Positions 33,461 to 35,737 of a DNA stretch of 35,737 nucleotides are shown here, in pieces (position 1 is the first letter of the stretch; each line of letters opens with the position of its first letter). Under the pieces are notes generated by a model. It did not search any database and was not told where the DNA came from. It worked only from the letters and a program-made list of their open reading frames with translations. Origin of the DNA: Octopus bimaculoides (Eukaryota); assembly GCF_001194135.2 (NCBI RefSeq), contig NC_069008.1, positions 3,168,967-3,204,703 of the forward strand, in the 5' to 3' direction. Position numbers and translations under genes: made by a program.

Positions 33461-33612
33461 TTAAACGATATGTGTGTGAGCGTGTGTATATGTGTGTGAG
33501 CGTGTGTATATGTGTGCGAGCGTATGTGTATTAAACTTTATTTGTGTATATACACGAATAAAGAATCTTTATCCACCAATGAGTACTCATTCTCATTGTT
33601 CGACATTGTTCG

Positions 33613-33665
<53 letters not shown>

Positions 33666-33879
33666 GACAGACACACACACACATATATATTTCGCTTAGG
33701 CATTGCGAGGTTAATTACCCGATATAGAACTCAATATACGCATGTCTGGTGATTGTGCCACGACACCAGACGTGTTGAAAACACTGTTTGTCATGCTCTC
33801 AGCACATGAAACTAGTAGTAGCACATAAATACGTATATTATTTTTATTAAATAATATATGTGTGTATGTGTGTGTATGT

Positions 33880-34200
33880 TATCACTTAGCTCTTAGATCT
33901 TCCTGTGCTGTCGGCACCACGGGCAATGACCCTTCTCCAGGCGCCCAGATTGCTCACCTTCCACCTGGTTCCACTCGAGCCAACTCCAATCGCTATCACA
34001 TTATCCAGAAACGTACTGCTCCACATCTTCCTTTGTCTTCCGCTCAATCATTTTTTCCCCTCAATCTTTTCCCTCCTTCCGGCGTTCACTCCATCACACG
34101 ATGGTAGCACGTCTCTTTTGCAGTAATAGAAGCATACGGCCAGCAAACCAGATCCGCCACTTGGTCACCAAAGCCCAGATTTAGGCACCATGGCCCACTC
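33880..34200 (-). mobile_element. Degenerate 3' end of a further RTE-clade LINE
   Basis: Minus-strand remnants KWRIWFAGRMLLL, TKED.EQY, WRRVIARGADSTGRSKS* followed by a taagtgataa tail. Confidence 0.5.
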
Positions 34201-34394
34201 GAGTGAAGAGTTATTGTTTGTAGAGATATATTCTAATGAAGACTGTTAATCTGGAATTTGTTCAAAGAATTCTCCAGGAATCATTGAAGGAATCTATACA
34301 AATCTTATCACATAATCCCATACCATTACTAAACAAGCAACATGAAGCTTTCTCTAGGTGTGTCCATGAAATCTGCCTGCTTATCTGTCTGTGT

Positions 34395-34397
34395 ATG

Positions 34398-34451
<54 letters not shown>

Positions 34452-34459
34452 GCTATCTA

Positions 34460-34500
<41 letters not shown>

Positions 34501-34846
34501 NNNNNNNNNNNNNNNNNNNNNNNNNNNNNNNNNNNNNNNNNNNNNNNNNNNNNNNNNNNNNNNNNNNNNNNNNNNNNNNNNNNNNNNNNNNNNNNNNNNN
34601 NNNNNNNNNNNNNNNNNNNNNNNNNNNNNNNNNNNNNNNNNNNNNNNNNNNNNNNNNNNNNNNNNNNNNNNNNNNNNNNNNNNNNNNNNNNNNNNNNNNN
34701 NNNNNNNNNNNNNNNNNNNNNNNNNNNNNNNNNNNNNNNNNNNNNNNNNNNNNNNNNNNNNNNNNNNNNNNNNNNNNNNNNNNNNNNNNNNNNNNNNNNN
34801 NNNNNNNNNNNNNNNNNNNNNNNNNNNNNNNNNNNNNNNNNNNNNN

Positions 34847-34881
<35 letters not shown>

Positions 34882-35050
34882 TACACATATATGTGTACTT
34901 ATATATATATATATATATATACATTTATACATATACAGATATGCCTACATGTATGAATGCATGTATATACATATATATACTCATGAATGTAGCTGTGTTT
35001 GTGTGTGTATGTACATAAATATATTTGTGTGAGTATGTATGCGTGTACGC
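34395..35050. repeat. (TATC)n, (TC)n, N-gap 34501-34846 and (TA)n block
   Basis: Read directly. Confidence 0.95.
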
Positions 35051-35309
35051 GCATGCGCTTGCGTATGTCTATATTATGATGGGGCAACTTGGCGTCAGCC
35101 ATCTTGACGACAATATAACCAGGAGACAGGCTGTATATTTTGAAACAATTGCACAGCAGCAGAATTCGTTTTAATCTGTTATGAAATAATTACATATTTA
35201 CTTATGAAATGAAGCAAAAAATATTGAAAAATAAATGTTAATAAAGTGAGAATAGTGATGTTGCGGCGGTTTTGAATTGGCAATGTTTTTAGCTTCATTT
35301 CTTAAGTAA

Positions 35310-35564
35310 ATAGGTATGTATGTATGTATGTATGTATGTATGTATGTATGTATGTATGTATGTATGTGTGTGTATGTATGTATGTATGTATGTGTGTTTA
35401 TATGTATGTGTGTGTATGTATGTGTGTGTGTATGTATGTGTGTATGTATGTATCTATGTATGCATGTATGTGTGTGCATGTATGTGTACACTGATGCATC
35501 TCTCTATATATATGTATTTACATGTATGTCCGTGTGTATGTATGTATATATGTATGTCTAATTC

Positions 35565-35623
<59 letters not shown>

Positions 35624-35689
35624 CGTATATATATGTGTATATTTATATGTACGTATATAAATATATGAAGTAAATATATATGTATATAT

Positions 35690-35737
<48 letters not shown>
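35310..35737. repeat. (TATG)n/(TG)n/(TA)n microsatellite block to window end
   Basis: Read directly. Confidence 0.95.

Noticed and set aside
34236-34395. Protein-like start MKTVNLEFVQRILQESLKES
   Set aside because: Runs into microsatellite, with no recognisable family or splice support.
35048-35058. GCGCATGCGC NRF1-like palindrome
   Set aside because: Embedded in an alternating purine-pyrimidine microsatellite with no promoter context.

Overview
AT-rich eukaryotic genomic DNA with seven N-gaps, abundant microsatellites, and SINE/RTE/mariner families that I recognise as cephalopod, probably Octopus (inference, not database-checked). No complete protein-coding gene is present. The only supportable host coding sequence is two + strand exons (3536-3635 and 4874-4990) that splice in frame to MSKSVQSSRMETEAVRDLGTFVHSHTTSDADIQDHRSQETVYIGLRVPRSRRHRKRHHRHHRKDESKELFKT, resembling the N-terminus of a Na+-coupled SLC4 bicarbonate transporter (NDCBE/NBCn-like). 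The remaining ~30.7 kb looks like one large intron filled with tRNA-derived SINEs, RTE-type LINE remnants, three Tc1/mariner-superfamily loci, TTAA-type MITEs and Penelope-like terminal fragments. Nearly all ORFs in the supplied track are artefacts of microsatellites, gaps or dead transposons. The best leads are: a head-to-tail chimera of two unrelated DD(D) transposons; a C4HC3 PHD-type finger inside an RTE reverse transcriptase; hammerhead-like motifs in Penelope-like repeats; several foldback hairpins; and a repeat-free 4.9 kb intronic block with candidate micro/cassette exons and a codon-wise conserved duplicated motif. I cannot demonstrate a new biological system from the sequence alone; these are leads.
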